Of a stretch of 64,000 nucleotides of DNA, positions 13,901 to 24,394 are shown in pieces (position 1 is the stretch's first letter; every line of letters begins with the position of its first letter). The notes beneath the pieces were generated by a model. The model was not told the DNA's origin and searched no databases. It saw only the letters and a program-made list of their open reading frames with translations. The stretch covers positions 5,146,001 to 5,210,000 of the forward strand of contig JASTWF010000034.1 in assembly GCA_030390025.1 (NCBI GenBank), in the 5' to 3' direction. Both the position numbers and the translations under genes were made by a program. Origin of the DNA: Squalus acanthias (lineage: Eukaryota).

Positions 13901-15233
13901 AGTCTACACTTGGAGAGGCAAGGATTAATTAAGAATGGTCAGCATGGCTTTGTAAGGGGGAGATCAGTACTAACCAATTTGATTTAATTTTTCGAGGGGG
14001 TGAATCGGTGTGTGGATGAGAGTAGTGCAGTTGATGTCGTCTACATGGACTTCAGTAAGACTTTTGACAATGTCCCACATGGGAGACTGGTCAAGAAGGT
14101 AAGAGCCCATGTGATACAGGGCAATTTGGCACATTGGATCCAAAATTTGTTTTGTGGCAGGAGGCAGAGAGTGATGGTCGAAGGTAGTTTTTGTGACTTG
14201 AAGCCTGTGTCCAGTGGTGTACCGCAGGGATCGGTGCTGGGTCTTTTGCTGTTTGTAGTGTATATTAATGATTTATATATGAATGTAGGAGGTATGATCA
14301 GTAAGTTCGCAGATGACACTAAAATTGGTGGACTGGTAAATAGCGAGGAGGGAAGCCTCAGGCAACAGGACGATATAGACGGGTTGCTTAGATGGGCAGA
14401 ACAGTGGCAAATGGAATTTAACCCTGAAAAGTGTGAGGTGATGCATTTTGGGAGGACTAACAAGGCAAGGGGATGCTCATTGAATGGTAAGACCCTAGGA
14501 AGGACAGAGGAACAGAGAGACCTTGGTGTGCATGTACGTAGATCCCTGAAGGCAGCAGGACAGGTAGATAAGCTGGTTAAAAAGGCATATGGGATACTTG
14601 CCTTCATTAGCCGAGGCATATAAGATAAGAGCAGGGAGATTGTGTTGGAGACGTACAAAATGCTAGTTAGGCCACAGCTGGAATACTGTGTGCAGTTCTG
14701 GTCGCCACACTATAGGAAAGATGTGATTGCATTGGAGATGGTGCAGAGGAGATTCACCAGGATGTTACCTGGGCTGGAGAGCTGCAGCTATGAAGAGAGA
14801 CTGGACAGGATGGGGTTGTTTTCCTTAGAACAGAAAAGGCTGAGGGGGACCTGATTGAGGTGTACAAAATTATGAGGGGCATAGATAGGGTAGATAGAAA
14901 GAAATTGTCCCCTTAGTAGAGGGGTCATTAACCAGGGAGCATAGTTTCAAGGTAAGGGGCAGGAGGTTTAGAGGGGATTTGAGGAAAATCTTTTTCACCC
15001 AGAGTGTGGCTGGAATCTGGAACTCACTGCCTGAAACGGTGGTAGAGGCAGGGACCCTCACAGCATTCAATAAGCATTGAGATGAACACTTGAAATGCCA
15101 CAGCATACAAGGCTACGGACCAAGTGCTGGAAAATGGGAATAGAATAGATAGGGCTTGATGGCCGGCGCGGACACAATGGGCCGAAGGGCCTCTTTCTGT
15201 GCTGAATAACTATAACTATCGATGACTCTATGA
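10958..15233 (+). mobile_element. Near full-length degenerate CR1 LINE (5' UTR, ORF1, ORF2 APE-RT, 3' end)
   Basis: ORF1 pieces 11225-12217; ORF2 pieces from 12337 (YFNARSL, GDFN, SNHN, KSPGPD, KFADD) broken by stops and frameshifts; 3' end GGCCGAAGGGCC...CTCTATGA. Confidence 0.93.
11225..12217 (+). pseudogene. CR1 ORF1p: CxxC...CxxC zinc finger/leucine zipper plus SGNH-esterase-like domain, one in-frame TAG at 11474-11476
   Basis: CSSC...CRKC followed by Leu heptads; VIGDSIV, HIGTND and DGMHLN blocks typical of the CR1 ORF1 esterase; the two ORFs are contiguous in frame. Confidence 0.88.
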
Positions 15234-15239
15234 CAGCGC

Positions 15240-18200
15240 ATGATTTCAAAGATTGAAAATGACAAAACTCGAAAATGTTAATAAACAGTGAGAATGATGG
15301 TAACAGACTTCAGGAGGACGCAGACAGACTGGTGAAATGGGCAGACACATGGCAGATACAATTCAACACAGAGAAGGGTGAAGTGATACATGTTGGTAGG
15401 AAGCATGAGCAGAGGTAATATAAACTAAACGGTACAATTTTAAAGCGGATGCACGATCAGAGAGATCTGGTGTGTACTTACACAAATCATTGAAGGTGGC
15501 AGGGCAAGTAGCGATGGCTGTTAATAAAGCATACGGAGTCCTTGGCTTTACAAACAGAGACACAGAGTAACACAATCCAGGTAGAAATGTTAACCTTTTA
15601 AAAATCATTGGTTGGACCCCAGCTGGAGTATTGTGTCCAATTCTGAGCACCACACTTTGGCAAGCATGTCAAGGATTAGAGAAGGTGTAGAGGAGATTTA
15701 CCAGAATGGTACCAGGGATCTGGGACTTCAGTTACGTGGAGAGTCAGGAGAAGCTGGGATTGTTCTTTTTAGAGCAGCGAAGGTTAAGAATCAAAGAATT
15801 GTAGAATCATAGAAATTTACGGCACAGAAGGAGGCCATTTGGCCCATTGCATCTGCGCCGGTCGAAATAGAGCTTTCCAGCTTAATCCCACTTTCCAGCT
15901 CTTGGTCCGTAGCCCTGTCGGTGATGGCACTTCAAGTGCAGACCCATGTACGTTTTAAACGTGATGAGAGTTTCTGCCTCTACCACCCTTTCAGGCCTTG
16001 AGTTTCAGACCCGCACCGTCCTCTGGGTGAAACAAATTCTCATCTCCTGTCTAATCCTTCTACCAATTACTTTAAATCTATGCTCCTTGGTTATTGACCT
16101 CTCTGCCAGGGGAAATAGGTGCTTGCTATCCACTCTATCTAGGCCCCTCATAATTTTATACACTTCAATTTAATCTCCCCTCAGCCTCCTCTGTTCCAAA
16201 GTAAAGAACCCCAGCCGATTCTCCAGTCTTGGCAACATCCACGTAAATCTCCTCTATAACGGCTCGACTGCAATCACATCTTTCCTGTAATGTTTTGACC
16301 AAAATTGTACGCAGTATTCTAGCTGTGGCCTAATTGGTGTTTTATACAGTTCTAGCATAAACTCCCTGTTTTTATATTCTATGCCTCGGCTAATAAAGCA
16401 ACGTATCCCACATGCCTTTTTAACTACCATATCTACATGTCCTGATAGTTTTAGAGATATGTGGAAATGTACTCCAAGGTCCCTCTGTTCCACTGCACCT
16501 CTCAGTGTCCTACCATTTATTGTGTATTCCCTTTTTTTCAGCCCGCCACAAATGCATTACCTCACACTTCTCCGAAATGAAGTCCATTTGCCACTGTTCT
16601 GCCCACCGGACCAGTCCATTGATATCTTCCTGCAGTCTACAGCTTTCTTCCTCACTATCAACCACACGGCCAATTTTTGTATCATGTGCAAACTTCTTCA
16701 TCATGGCCCCAACACTGAAGTCTAAATCATTGATATATACCACAAATAGCAGGGGACCTAGTACTGAGCCTGTGGAACCCCACTGGAAACAACCTTCCAC
16801 TCACAAAGAACACCCGTTGATCATTACGAAATTTGCTTCCTGCCACTGAGCCAATTTTGGATCCAACTTGCCACTTTCCCTTGGATCCAATGACCAACCT
16901 GTCATGTGGGACCTTGTCAAAGGCCTTACTAATATCTACATGGACTACACCAAATGCACTCCCCTCATCGACCGTCCTCATTACCTCCTCAAAAAATTCA
17001 ATCCAGTTAGTCAGACACGACCTTCCTTAACATTACCATGCTGAATGTCCTTGATTAATCTGTGCCTTTCTAAATGCCGATTTAAACTGCTCCTCAGAAT
17101 TATTCAATATTTTTTTCCACAATCAAGGTTAGACTGACTGCCCTGTAATTACTCGGTCTATCCCTTTCTCCCTTTTTAAACAATGGTACAACGTTAGCAG
17201 TCCTCCAGTCCTCTGGCATCACGCCGGTAGCCAGAGAGGATTGGAAAATGATGGTCTGAGCCTCCGCTATTTCCTCCCTTAAAAGCCTGGGATACATTTC
17301 ATTCAAGCCTCGTGATTTATCTACTTTCAAAGATGCTAAACACCTTAATGTTTCCTCTCTCACTATGTTTGTCTCATCTAATATTCCACACACCTCCTCC
17401 TTAACTACAATGTCTGCATCGTCTCACTCTTCTGTGAAGACAGACACAAAGTATTTATTAAGAACCATATCCACGTATCCGCCTCTACACACAGATTAAC
17501 TTTTTGGTCTATAATAGGCCAGACTCTTTCCTTAGTTATCCTCTTGCTCTTGAAGTATGCATAAAACATCTTTGGGTTTTCCTTGATTTTACTTGCCAAT
17601 ATTTTTTGATGCCATCTCTTTGCTTTCCTAATTTACTTTTTAATTTCACCCCTGCACTTTCTATACCCCTCTAGGCTTTCTGTAGTATTGAGCTCTCGGT
17701 ATCTGAGAAAAGCTTCCCTTTTTGTCCCTTATCCTACCCTGTATTCCCCTTGACATCCAGGGGACTCTAGATTTGGAAGTCCCAGCCTTTATCTTTTTGG
17801 GAATATATTTGCTCTGAGCCCTCACTATCTCCTCGTTGAATGCTTCCCACGGCTCTGCACAGATTTGCAATTAAGAAGCTGTTTCCAGTCCACTTTTCCT
17901 AAATCACATCTCAGCTCAGTAAATTTGGCCTTTCCCCAATTGAAAACTTTTAAACTCGGTCTTTCTTTGTCGTTTTCCATTAGGGAGATTAATATAGATG
18001 TTCCAGATTGTAATGGGTTTTGATAGAGTAAGTAAGTCGGTTTCCAGAGGCAGAATAGTGGGTAAACAGAGGAAACAAATTTAAAGGAATTCGCAAAAGA
18101 ACCAGAGGAGAGATGAGAATTTTCTTTACGCAGTGAGTTGTGATCTAGAATGCACTGACTGAGAACGTGGTGGAAGCAGATTCAATAGTAAATTTCGAAA

Positions 18201-18345
18201 GGGAATGGGGTAATTAGATGAAGGGGATTTTTTATGGGGCTCTGATTAAAGAGTCGGACTGAATAAATAACTCTTTCAAAGAGATGGCACGGACAAGATG
18301 GGCCGAATGCCCTCCGTCTGTGATGTACCGTTCTATGATTCTATG
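15240..18345 (+). mobile_element. Older CR1 3' fragment split by an antisense CR1 (pieces 15240-15788 and ~17981-18345)
   Basis: RT C-terminal sequence ...AGCAGCGAAGGTTAAG resumes as TAGGGAGATTAATATAG after the insert; tail CTATGATTCTATGA at ~18345. Confidence 0.8.
15789..17980 (-). mobile_element. 5'-truncated degenerate CR1 LINE, antisense
   Basis: Minus ORFs with DKSRG, NYRAVSLT, DISKAFDKVPH, KFAHDTK, RPQLEYCVQFW; reverse tail AATCAAAGAATTGTAGAATCATAGA at 15789. Confidence 0.9.
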
Positions 18346-18455
18346 AGCAAGAGACAGAGAGAGAGAGCAGAGGGAGAGAGAAGAGGGGGAGAGAGAGAAA
18401 GGGAGAAAGCGAGAAATAAAAATAGAGACTGAAAGACAGGGAGAGGTACAGAGTG
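18346..18455. repeat. GA-rich low-complexity tract
   Basis: Imperfect (GA)n read directly. Confidence 0.8.
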
Positions 18456-18549
18456 AAAGAAATTAACTTTAAAAGGGGAATTGGATAAATACCTGAAGGG
18501 GAATAATTTGCAGGACTATGGGAAAAGAGCAAGGGAATGGGACTAATTG

Positions 18550-19040
18550 CCGGGGTGAGGCCATGGTGGGATTTGAACATGAGGAGGAGAATATTTAAAT
18601 CGAGTTGTTGCCGGATCGGCAGCCAATGTTGGTCAGTGATCACAGGGGTGATGGGTGAACGGGACATGATATGTGTTAGGATAGGGGCAGCAGAGTTTTG
18701 GATGAGCTCTAGTTTATGGAGGCTTGTTACTGGGAGACCGGCCAGGAGAGCATTGGAATAGTCGAGTCTGGATTTAACAAAGGCATGGATGAGGGTTTAT
18801 GCAGCAGAAGGGCTGAGGTGGAGCGGAGATGGGTGAAATTTTGGGTGTGGTAGTCGGCAGGACTGGTGATTCAGAGGATATGAGTTCGGAACTCAGCTCA
18901 GGGACAAAGAGATCGCAGAGGTTGCAAACAGCCTGGTTCAGCCTCAGACATTGACCAGGGAGGGAGCCTGAATCGGTAGATAGAGAATGGAGTTTGTGAC
19001 GAGGACCGAAGACAATGGCTTCGCTCTTCCCAAGATTTAA
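18550..19040 (-). mobile_element. L2-clade LINE ORF2 C-terminal fragment
   Basis: Minus translation SPITPVITDQHWLPIRQQLDLNILLLMFKSHHGL matches the L2-type ITPVLxxLHWLP...KxLHGL motif; homologous to 26828-27812. Confidence 0.8.
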
Positions 19041-19285
19041 ATGACAAACAGTAATACAGTGAAACGTGATTTACAGATCCAATTTCTGGATATAGAGACT
19101 TACTGGGACACCAACAGCAGCAAAGAATGAAGAATAGTACGACAGTTAGCAAAGGTTTGCAGAGTTAATAGCTGGAGAGAGAGACTTACCAGGAACAACA
19201 ACTGCAGCAAGGAGGGGAGAGTAAATGACACGAACAGTAATACAGTAAAACATGGTTAACAGAATAGCTGGATAGAGAGACTTAC

Positions 19286-19550
19286 CAGGCACACCAACAG
19301 CAGCAAGGAGGGGATAGTAAATGTATTGAATAATCTGAAGTGCCAACTCTGTCCGATAGTCTAATGACATTCTATCATAATATTCTGAAAGATAGTCAAA
19401 CTGCCAGCTGAAACTCCTGCCCATTGTTGTAGCATTCCAATCTACTGTTCTCAGATTTTGCTCCATTGTTGTAGCATTCCGATCTACTGTTCTCAGATTC
19501 TGATCCATTGTTGTAACATTCCAATCTACTGTTCTCAGATTCTGATCCAT
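19286..19550 (-). CDS. First coding exon of a GPR139/GPR142-like rhodopsin-class GPCR (N-terminus and start of TM1); partial, downstream exon not in window
   Basis: 88 codons +1 nt: MDQNLRTVDWNVTT...LALQIIQYIYYPLLAAVGVP|G, then donor G|GTAAGT at 19286/19285. YYPLLAAVGVP aligns to GPR139 TM1 YYSLLLCLGLP, and as I recall GPR139 also has a phase-1 intron after this Pro. Start codon uncertain (Met at 19550, 19508, 19466, 19424). Confidence 0.7.
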
Positions 19551-19584
19551 TGTTGTAACATTCCAATCTACTGTTCTCAGATTC
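19421..19584 (-). repeat. 42-bp coding tandem repeat (about 4 copies) in the GPCR N-terminus
   Basis: CCATTGTTGTA(A/G)CATTCC(A/G)ATCTACTGTTCTCAGATT repeated; encodes (M)DQNLRTVDWNVTT. Confidence 0.9.
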
Positions 19585-19675
19585 CGACTCCCTCTCTGTG
19601 GAGCAGCGCGCTGATCCCTGTCAGTGCCGGAGGTGATGCTCTCACTGACACTATGGATAACACATTGAAAGGACT

Positions 19676-19824
19676 CCCTTATTAATAGAAGAGGGAAACC
19701 CTGCACTGATACAATTAGAGTCCATGGAGACTGACATTAATTACAGTCACTAAACAAACAACTTCAGTTAACCCGTGGAGACTGACATTAATTACAGTCA
19801 CTAAACAAACAGCTTAAGTTAACC
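19676..19824 (-). promoter_or_regulatory. Candidate promoter of the GPCR exon: TATA-like TATTAATAAG plus a duplicated 51-bp element
   Basis: Minus-strand TCTATTAATAAGGGA ~130 bp upstream of ATG 19550; direct repeat starting 19725 and 19776 containing TAATTA and TAAACA. Function inferred only. Confidence 0.4.
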
Positions 19825-19871
19825 CCTTTCAATCCAACACTTTTTATACCACAGTAAAGTAGAACATTTAC

Positions 19872-20477
19872 CCGCTGCGATGGGAAGTATGAGGATTGCT
19901 GAGGGAAGGAATGGTGGAAATAGCGCAGGCTCTGGTCAGAATATTTCAATCTCCTCGGATATGGGAGTGGTGCCAGTGGACTGGAGGGTTGCAAATGTTA
20001 CACCCTGTTTAAAAAAGGAGAGAGGGATAAACCCTGTAACTGCAGGCCAGTCAGCCTAACGTCAGTGGTGGGGAAACTTCTAGAGGCCATATTCACAGAG
20101 AAAAGTATCTGTCTTTGGAAAAAACTTGGATTAATAAATGACAACCAGCATGGATATGTTAACGGCAAAGTGTGTCTGACAAACTTGATTAAATTCTTTG
20201 ATGAAGTAACGGAGAGGGTTGATGAGGGTAGTGCGGTTGATGTTGTGTATATGGACATCCAAAATGCATTTGATGAAGTACAATTGAATAGACTTGATAG
20301 GACCAAAGGGACAGTGGCAGTGGGCATCTGACATTGTCTAAGGGACAGAAAACCGAGAGTAGTGGTGAACGGTTGTTGTTCAGACTGGAGGGAAGTGTAC
20401 AGTGGTATCCCCCAGGTGTCGCTATTCGGACCACTGCTCTTTTTGATATATATTAATGATATAGACATATATATATA

Positions 20478-20567
<90 letters not shown>

Positions 20568-20570
20568 TAG

Positions 20571-20604
<34 letters not shown>

Positions 20605-20647
20605 CGGGATAGTAGTAGGCTTCAGGAGGACATAGCCAGACTGGTGT
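19872..20647 (+). mobile_element. Degenerate CR1 RT fragment interrupted by a (TA)n(CA)n microsatellite
   Basis: ORF 20065-20331 with QHGY, CLTNL, VDVVYMDIQNAFDEV; SGIPQ motif at ~20400; RT-like sequence resumes 20602-20647. Confidence 0.85.
20461..20600. repeat. (TA)n then (CA)n microsatellite
   Basis: Read directly. Confidence 0.97.
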
Positions 20648-22328
20648 AATGAGCAAAGTGATGAAAGGTGCGGTCGACAGTGCTATTATGTGGCACTTAC
20701 TCACTAATAACCTTCTCACCGATGCCCAGTTTGAGTTCCGCCAGGACCACTCGGCTCCTAACCTCATTACAGCATCGGTGCAAACATGGACAAAGGAGCT
20801 GAATTCCAGAGGTGAGGTGAGAGTGACTGCCCTTGACATCAAGGCAGCATTGGACTGAGTGCGGCATCAAGGAGCCCCAGTAAAATTGTGGCAATGGAAA
20901 GCAGGGGGAAAACTCTCCACTGGCTCAAGTCATACCCGGCACAACGGAAGATGGTTGTGGTTTTTGGAGGTCAATCATCACAGCCCCAGGACATCGCTGC
21001 ATGAGAACATCAGGGCAGTGTCCTCGGCCCAAACATCTTCAGCTATTTCATCAATGACCTTCCCTCCATCCTATGGTCAGAAGTGGGGATGTTCGCTGAT
21101 GATTGCTCAGTATTCAGTTCTATTCACAACTCCTCAGATAATGAAGCAGTCCATGCCCGCATGCAGCAAGACCTGGATGACATTCAGCCTTGGGTTGATA
21201 AGTGGCAAGTAATAATCACACGAAACAAGTGCCAGGCAATGACAATCTCCAACAAGAGCCACATCCCCTTGACATTCAATGGGATTACCTTCGCCAAATC
21301 CGTCACCATCAGTATCCTGGGGGATTCCATTGACCAGAACCTTAACTGGACCAGCCACATAAATACTGTGGCTAAAAGAGCAGGTCAGAGGCTAGGTATT
21401 CTGCGGCGAGTGTCTCACCTCCTGACTCCCCAAATCCTTTCCACCATCTACAAGGCACAAGTCAGGAGTGTGATGGAATACTCTCCACTTGTCTGGATCA
21501 GTGCAGCTCCAACAACACTCAAGAAGCTCGACATCATCCAGGACAAAGCAGCCCACTTGATTGGTACCCCATCCATCACCATAAAGGGGTAGAGAGGGTG
21601 GTAAAAAGGGAGGGTGTCGCGGTATTGATTAAAGAAACTATTACAGCTGTGAGGAGAGATGATATGTTGGAGGGATCATCAAACGAGTCCATATGGGTCG
21701 AATGGAAAAACAAAAGGGGCGACCACACTGCTGGGAGTGTACTATAGACCCCCAAACAGTGAGAGGGAGATAGAAGAGCAAATATGTCGACACATTTCTG
21801 AGAAGTGCAAAAACTATAGGGCAGTAGTAGTAGGAGATTTGAACTACCCCAATATTAACTGGGATAAGCTGGGATAGTTTTCCTTGGAACAGAGGAGGCC
21901 TGCTCCTGCTCCTATTTCTTATGTTATGTTCTTAAACATTCACTCCCTCCACCAGCGGCGCACCGTGGCTGCAGTTTGTACCATCTACAAGATGCACTGC
22001 AGCAACTTGCCAAGGTTTCTTCGGCAGTACCTCCCAAACATGCAGCCTCTACCACCTAGAAGGACAAGGGCAGCAGGAGCATGGGAACACCATCACCTGT
22101 AACTTCCCCTCTAAGTCACACACCATCCTGACTTGGAAGTATATCACCATTCCTTCATTGTCGCTGGGTCAAAATCCTGCAACTCCCTCCATAACAGCAC
22201 TGTGGGAGCGCCTTTCCATCACCGACTGCAGCGGTTCACCACCACCTTCTCAAGTGCAACTAGGGATGGGCAATAAATGCAAGGCGTGCCAGCGATGACC
22301 ACAGCCCATGAATGAATAAAAAAGAAAA
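20648..22328 (+). mobile_element. 5'-truncated LINE of a second family (RT with MFADDC), split at 21585/21933, A-rich tail
   Basis: QFEFR, LDIKAALD, MFADDCSVF, YKAQVRSVMEY; resumes as NIHSLHQRRTVAAVCTIYKMHC; ends ATGAATGAATAAAAAAG. Confidence 0.85.
21586..21932 (+). mobile_element. 347-bp internally deleted CR1 (APE piece + short RT C-terminal piece + 3' tail) flanked by TAAA duplication
   Basis: LLGVYYRPPNS...GDLNYPNINWD joined to AAGCTGGGATAGTTTTCCTTGGAACAGAGGAGG then CCTGCTCCTATTTCTTATGTTATGTTCT; TAAA at 21582-21585 and 21933-21936. Confidence 0.75.
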
Positions 22329-22354
22329 ACAAAATAGATGGCAGATGAAATTCC

Positions 22355-23830
22355 ATAAATTGCATAGATTTTAGAACGTTTGCCGCGGATTGGAATGTAG
22401 CAAATGTAACCCCAATATTTAAGAAAGGAGGGAGAGAGAAAACGGGGAACTGCAGATCAGTTTTCCTGACATCAGTAGTAGGGAAAATGCTAAAATATAT
22501 TAAGGACGTAGTAACAGGGCACTTAGAAAATTATAATAGGATTGGGCACAGTCAACACGGATTTATGAAAGGGAAATCGTGTTTGACAAATTTGTTAGAG
22601 TTTTTTGAGGTTGTAACTAGCAGAACAGATAAGGGGGAGACAGTAGATGTGGTAGATTTGGATTTTCAGAAGTCATTCGATAAGGTGCCGCACAAGAGGT
22701 TATTAAACAAAATGGGATTGGGGGTAATATTCTAGCATGGGTTGAGGATTGGTTAACGGACAGAAAACAGAGAATAGCAATAAACGAGTCATTTTCGGTT
22801 TGGCAGGCTGTAACTAGTGGGGTACCGCAAGAATCAATGTTTGGGCCACAGCTATTTACGATATATATCAATGATTTGGATGAGGGGACCAAATGCAATA
22901 TATCCAAGTTTGCTGATGATACAAAGCTGGGTGGGAATGTAAGTTGTGAGGAGCATGCAAGGAGGCTTCAAGAGGATATAGACAGGCTAACTGAATGGGC
23001 AAGAACATGGCAAATGGAATATAACGTGGAGAAATGTGCAGTTAGGAAAAATAGTAAAGCAAGGTATTTTTTAAATGTTGAGAGATTGGGAAATGTTGGT
23101 GTTCAGAGGGACCTGGGTGTCCTTGTACATGAATCACTGAAAGGTAACATGCAGGTACAGCAAACAATTAGGAAAGCAAATGGTATGTTGGCCTTTATTA
23201 CAAGAGGATTTGAATATAAGAGTAAAGACGTCTTACTGCAATTATATAGGGCCCTGGTGAGACCACACCAGGAGTATTGTGTACAGTTTTGGTCTCCTTA
23301 CCTAAGGAAGGATATAATTGCCAAAGAGGGAGTGCAACGAAGGTTCACCAGACTGGTTCCTGGGATGGGGGGATTGTCCTATGAGAACAGATTGAGTAGA
23401 CTAGGCCTATGTTCTCTAGAGTTTAGAAGAATGAGAGGTAATCTCATGGAAATATATAACATTCTTAGAGGGCTTAACAGGGTAGATGCAGGGAGGATGT
23501 TTTCCCTGGCTCGGGAGTCTAGAACAAGGGGTCACAGTCTCAGCAAAAGACGTCGGCCAGTTAGGTCCGAGATGAGGAGAAAATTCTTCACTTGGAGGGT
23601 GGGGAATCTTTGCAATTCTCTACCCCAGAGGGCTGTGGATGCTCAGTCGTTGAGTATATTCAAGACAGAGATTGAAAGATTTTTGAATATTAAAGGAATC
23701 AAGGGATATGGGGATAGTTCAGGAAAGTGGAGTTGAGGTAGAAGATCAGCCATGACCTTATTGAATGGCGGAGCAGGATCGATGGGCCAAATGGCCTACT
23801 CCTGCTCCTATTTCATATGTTCCTATTTTC
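22355..23830 (+). mobile_element. 5'-truncated CR1 LINE (RT, 3' UTR, tail)
   Basis: ORFs 22487-22735 and 22837-23736 (KFADDTK, QWQMEY-like, RRMRG); 3' end CCTACTCCTGCTCCTATTTCATATGTTCC. Confidence 0.93.
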
Positions 23831-23834
23831 TAAC

Positions 23835-24070
23835 TCTCAATATCTATCCCTGTCTTTCTCTTCCCTCTGCCTCTCTCAGCCTGTCTGTCTCTCTCTGGCT
23901 GTCTGTGGCTCTCCCCCAGACTTTCTGTCTCTCTATTTCTATCTCTCAATCTGCCCACTCTCATTGTTTCTATTTCTCTCTTTGTGTCTGTCTGACTCTC
24001 TCTATGGCCCGCTCAATGACCCTCCCAATGTCTCGCTCTATGTTTCAGTCAATGTCTCTCATGTCCCTCA
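23835..24070. repeat. CT-rich low-complexity tract
   Basis: Imperfect (CT)n read directly. Confidence 0.7.
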
Positions 24071-24074
24071 ATGT

Positions 24075-24343
24075 ATCCCTGATTTTAATCACTCGACCAT
24101 TGGTGGCCATGCCTTCAGCTGCCTGGGCCCTAAGCTCTGGAATTCTGTCCGTAAACCTCTCTGCCTCTCTCTCCTCCATCAAGACGCTCCTTAAAAATTA
24201 CCTCTTTGACCAAGCTTTTGGTTATCTGCCCAAATATCTCCTTATGAGGCTCGATGTCAAATGTTGTTTGATAGCACTCCTGTGAAGCGCCTTGGGACGT
24301 TTTACTACGTTAAAGGCGCTATATAAATATAAGTTGTTGTTGT
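24075..24343 (+). mobile_element. L2-clade LINE 3' end
   Basis: STIGGHAFSCLGPKLWNS motif; tail AAAGGCGCTATATAAATATAAGTTGTTGTTGT. Confidence 0.8.
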
Positions 24344-24394
24344 GTTTTGCTTATTTCCAATTTAAGAATTAACAATGAACTTTACTCCCTTGTT

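Noticed and set aside
19998..20842. ORFs with YIYIYI/CVCV runs
   Set aside because: Translations of the (TA)n(CA)n microsatellite and antisense LINE.
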